Shown here: positions 38,192 to 40,848 of the stretch, one piece after another
How positions within the stretch are numbered: position 1 is the first letter of the stretch
Layout: the number at the start of each line of letters is the position of its first letter
Assembly: GCA_905479875.1 (NCBI GenBank)
Contig: CAJQOG010000123.1
Coordinates: 1 to 40,848, forward strand
Source: an uncultured Gammaproteobacteria bacterium
GTDB taxonomy: Bacteria; Pseudomonadota; Gammaproteobacteria; Steroidobacterales; JABDMI01
Length of the DNA stretch: 40,848 bases
Direction of reading: 5' to 3'
Notes under the pieces: generated by a model
Told to the model about the DNA's origin: nothing
The model's database searches: none
Seen by the model: only the letters and a program-made list of their open reading frames with translations
Program-made: the position numbers and the translations under genes

Positions 38192-39627
38192 AAAAAGACA
38201 ATAAAAATTACCACATGACTGCCGATGAATTTCGCAAACAAGGCTATGCCATGGTGGATTGGATTGCTGATTACTGGTCAGGCGTTGAGGAGATGCCCGT
38301 TTTATCTCAAGCAGCACCAAATGATTTGTTTAATGCCCTTCCAAACAGTGCGCCAAATCATAGCGAAGATTTTTCGGACATTATGCAAGATGTAGAAAAA
38401 CACATCATGCCAGGTATAACTCATTGGCAATCCCCTAACTTCTTTGCTTACTTTCCTACGGGTGCTTCCGGTCCATCAATATTGGGTGAGATGATGTCGG
38501 CCGGTTTAGGTGTGCAAGGAATGTTGTGGTCAACTAGCCCTGCTTGCACAGAGCTTGAAATGAAAATGATGGATTGGTTGGTACATTTACTTGGGTTGCC
38601 TAAACATTATTTACTAGAAAATGCTGGTGGTGGTTCCTTACAGGATTCAGCTTCAAGCGCTTGTTTAGTTGCTTTAATTGCAGCACGTGAAAAGGTATCA
38701 AAATTAAGTTTGAATAAGTTAGGCGGTAACTCAGTAGATGATAAAAAACTACTTGCCTATATCTCTACACAAACGCACTCTTCTTTAGAAAAAGCCATGA
38801 TGATTTCTGGTTTAGGTACAGATAATTTAAGAAAAATATCTGTAGATGGTTCCTACGCTATGCAGGCAGAAAGTTTAAAAAAACAAATAGCTATCGATAA
38901 AGCTGAAGGTTACTTACCGTTCTTTGTGTGTGCAACGATAGGAACAACCTCATCAAACGGTATTGATGATCTCACCTCTGTCGGCAAGATTGCACAACAA
39001 GAAGGACTGTGGATGCACGTCGATGCCGCAATGTCAGGAACGGCATCGATTTGTCCAGAATTCAGGGACTGTAATAAAGGCTTAGAGTTGGCCGATAGCT
39101 ATAACTTTAATCCACATAAATGGATGTTTACCAATTTTGATTGCAGTGCTCTATTTGTAAAAAATAAGGCAGACATTATTAATGCCCTATCGATTCTTCC
39201 TGAGTATTTAAAAAATGCCGCTACCGAATCTGGTGCAGTGATTGATTATAGGGATTGGCAAATTCCTTTAGGACGTCGTTTTCGTGCTTTAAAGTTGTGG
39301 TTTACCCTGCGACACTATGGCGTTGAGGGTTTACGCCACCATATTCGTGAGCATGTAACATTGGCTCAAGAATTTGCAACATGGGTTGAGGAGTCTGAAA
39401 ATTTTGAGATTGTTGCCCCGCATCCATTAAACCTAGTTTGTTTTCGTCATAAAGATGGAGATGCTGTGAATGAAGCCTTAGTGAAGAAATTAAATGACAG
39501 TGGTGATTTATATTTAACGCATACCAAGTTGAATGGTGAATACGTGATTCGTTTGTGCGTCGGTCAGGCACATACAACAAGGAAGCACGTTGAGAAGGCT
39601 TGGGAATTAATTCAAGCAATGTCTTAA
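38188..39627 (+). CDS. Aromatic L-amino-acid decarboxylase (group II PLP enzyme)
   Basis: PGITHWQSPNFFAYFP, SPACTELE, THSS, HVDAA, SYNFNPHKW (PLP lysine), PEYLKN, DYRDWQIPLGRRFRALKLWF. Confidence 0.93.
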   Translation: MKKDNKNYHMTADEFRKQGYAMVDWIADYWSGVEEMPVLSQAAPNDLFNALPNSAPNHSEDFSDIMQDVEKHIMPGITHWQSPNFFAYFPTGASGPSILGEMMSAGLGVQGMLWSTSPACTELEMKMMDWLVHLLGLPKHYLLENAGGGSLQDSASSACLVALIAAREKVSKLSLNKLGGNSVDDKKLLAYISTQTHSSLEKAMMISGLGTDNLRKISVDGSYAMQAESLKKQIAIDKAEGYLPFFVCATIGTTSSNGIDDLTSVGKIAQQEGLWMHVDAAMSGTASICPEFRDCNKGLELADSYNFNPHKWMFTNFDCSALFVKNKADIINALSILPEYLKNAATESGAVIDYRDWQIPLGRRFRALKLWFTLRHYGVEGLRHHIREHVTLAQEFATWVEESENFEIVAPHPLNLVCFRHKDGDAVNEALVKKLNDSGDLYLTHTKLNGEYVIRLCVGQAHTTRKHVEKAWELIQAMS

Positions 39628-39714
39628 TGATTAATAATAGATATTCACAAAAGTGACTGTGGCTTAAATATATTGAGCATAAACTATTGAGTTCCTAAAA
39701 GAGGAAAACAGTCT

Positions 39715-40122
39715 ATGCAAATTCCTGAAAACTTCCAAACACTTTTTCGGACGAGTCCATTCCTAGATTTAATAGGGCCAATTTATCAATCAGGTGAGCC
39801 TGGTGATTTGATTATTGGTATAAGAGTAGAAGAAAAACATTGTAATGCTAGACAGGGTTTACACGGTGGAGTGATGAGTACATTGGCCGACATAGCCTTA
39901 GGTTATAACACAGCATTTTCAGGAGAGAAGCCAATACCTATGTCAACCGCAAACTTAACTATTGATTATGCAGGTGGAGCGAAGATAGGTGATTGGCTAA
40001 CCATTCGAAGCGACGTGCAAAAGGTAGGGAAAAGTATGGCCTTTGCGAATTGCTATTTTAGTGTTGGCGATAAAAGAATTGCTAGGGCGAGTGCCGTCTT
40101 TAGTGTGATGCAAGGCAAATAA
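39715..40122 (+). CDS. PaaI family thioesterase
   Basis: HCN...LHGGVMSTLADIALG, TANLTIDY. Confidence 0.9.
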   Translation: MQIPENFQTLFRTSPFLDLIGPIYQSGEPGDLIIGIRVEEKHCNARQGLHGGVMSTLADIALGYNTAFSGEKPIPMSTANLTIDYAGGAKIGDWLTIRSDVQKVGKSMAFANCYFSVGDKRIARASAVFSVMQGK

Positions 40123-40123
40123 A

Positions 40124-40172
40124 AAAACCGAATTCCTTGAAGCTGCAAAGTAGTTTCAAGGAATTCGGTTTT
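40124..40172. terminator. Long bidirectional terminator hairpin
   Basis: AAAACCGAATTCCTTGAA/TTCAAGGAATTCGGTTTT perfect 18 bp, extended by 5 pairs including G-U, between convergent genes. Confidence 0.85.
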
Positions 40173-40174
40173 AT

Positions 40175-40200
40175 GTAGGGGTAGGTCCCTGCGCCTAGCC
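40175..40200 (+). repeat. GTAG-type REP-like element (single copy in window)
   Basis: GTAG followed by imperfect GC-rich palindrome GGGTAGGT-CCCTGC-GCCTAGCC. Confidence 0.45.
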
Positions 40201-40215
40201 TCAACAAAAATTAAT

Positions 40216-40848
40216 CTAAACAATTTTCTTCATATCAGCCATATAGCCACGTAACTCAGCACCAATAATTTCTACAGGATGAGTACGTAATGCTGCATTA
40301 ACTTCGATGAGTCTTGCGTTATCTACTCCATTGTTATTTGAGTTTAAACCTTTGCCAATCACATCAGATTTAATACCCTTCATAAAGTCAGCAAGTAATG
40401 GTACACATGCATGGTTATACAAATAACAGCCGTATTCAGCCGTATCTGAAATAGTGGCGTTCATCTCGTAAAGTTTTTTACGTGCAATAGTATTAGCAAT
40501 TAACGGAGTTTCATGTAGGGATTCATAATAAGCAGACTCAGCAATAATGCCAGCATCAGTCATGGTTTCAAAAGCCAATTCAACACCCGCTTTAACCATG
40601 GCAACCATTAAGATGCCATTGTCAAAAAATTCTTGTTCCGAAATTTCCACATCACCCGCTGGAGTTTTTTCAAAAGCAGTTTCGCCTGTATCTGCACGCC
40701 AGCCTAAAAGCTTAGCATCGTCATTTGCCCAATCTTCCATCATGCCTTGTGAGAAAGCACCACCCATTATGTCGTCTTGATGTTTTTGATACAAAGGACG
40801 CATGATGTCTTTGAGTTCAGTAGCTAAATCAAAGGCTTTTATTTTTGC
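40216..40848 (-). CDS. ilvC: Ketol-acid reductoisomerase, long (class II) form, 5' part outside the window
   Basis: Frame open to the window edge ([27 protein letters not shown]). [48 protein letters not shown] and [14 protein letters not shown] match the E. coli-type IlvC C-terminal knot repeat. Confidence 0.95.
   Translation of the reverse strand, partial: AKIKAFDLATELKDIMRPLYQKHQDDIMGGAFSQGMMEDWANDDAKLLGWRADTGETAFEKTPAGDVEISEQEFFDNGILMVAMVKAGVELAFETMTDAGIIAESAYYESLHETPLIANTIARKKLYEMNATISDTAEYGCYLYNHACVPLLADFMKGIKSDVIGKGLNSNNNGVDNARLIEVNAALRTHPVEIIGAELRGYMADMKKIV

Overview
AT-rich gammaproteobacterial chromosome window spanning the replication origin. The core is yidC-yidD-rnpA-rpmH (minus strand) divergent from dnaA-[oriC]-dnaN-recF-gyrB. 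oriC lies between dnaA and dnaN (DnaA boxes, IHF-like site, DnaA-trio-like repeats, no GATC), and two parS palindromes sit inside recF. The left end carries a truncated TonB-dependent receptor (not in the ORF track) divergent from a BCCT transporter and an EctR/CosR-like MarR regulator. mnmE does not follow yidC; a mini ExbB-like protein, an unknown exported protein, a RidA-family gene and csaA are there instead. Right of gyrB is a mixed accessory region: a tandem pair of paralogous 7TM-DISM/GAF-like/GGDEF receptors (one intact, one catalytically degenerate), AlkB-like dioxygenase, NhaP, several hydrolases/thioesterases/GNATs, a stand-alone BLUF protein, photolyase, YegP, lipocalin, an aromatic L-amino-acid decarboxylase and the 3' part of a long-form ilvC. 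I saw no CRISPR array, tRNA/rRNA, integrase or transposase. The best candidates for undescribed systems are the active/pseudo diguanylate-cyclase receptor pair, the TBDR-BCCT-CosR module and the lipocalin/hydrolase/AADC/thioesterase cluster. All family calls come from motif recognition by eye; no database searches were run.
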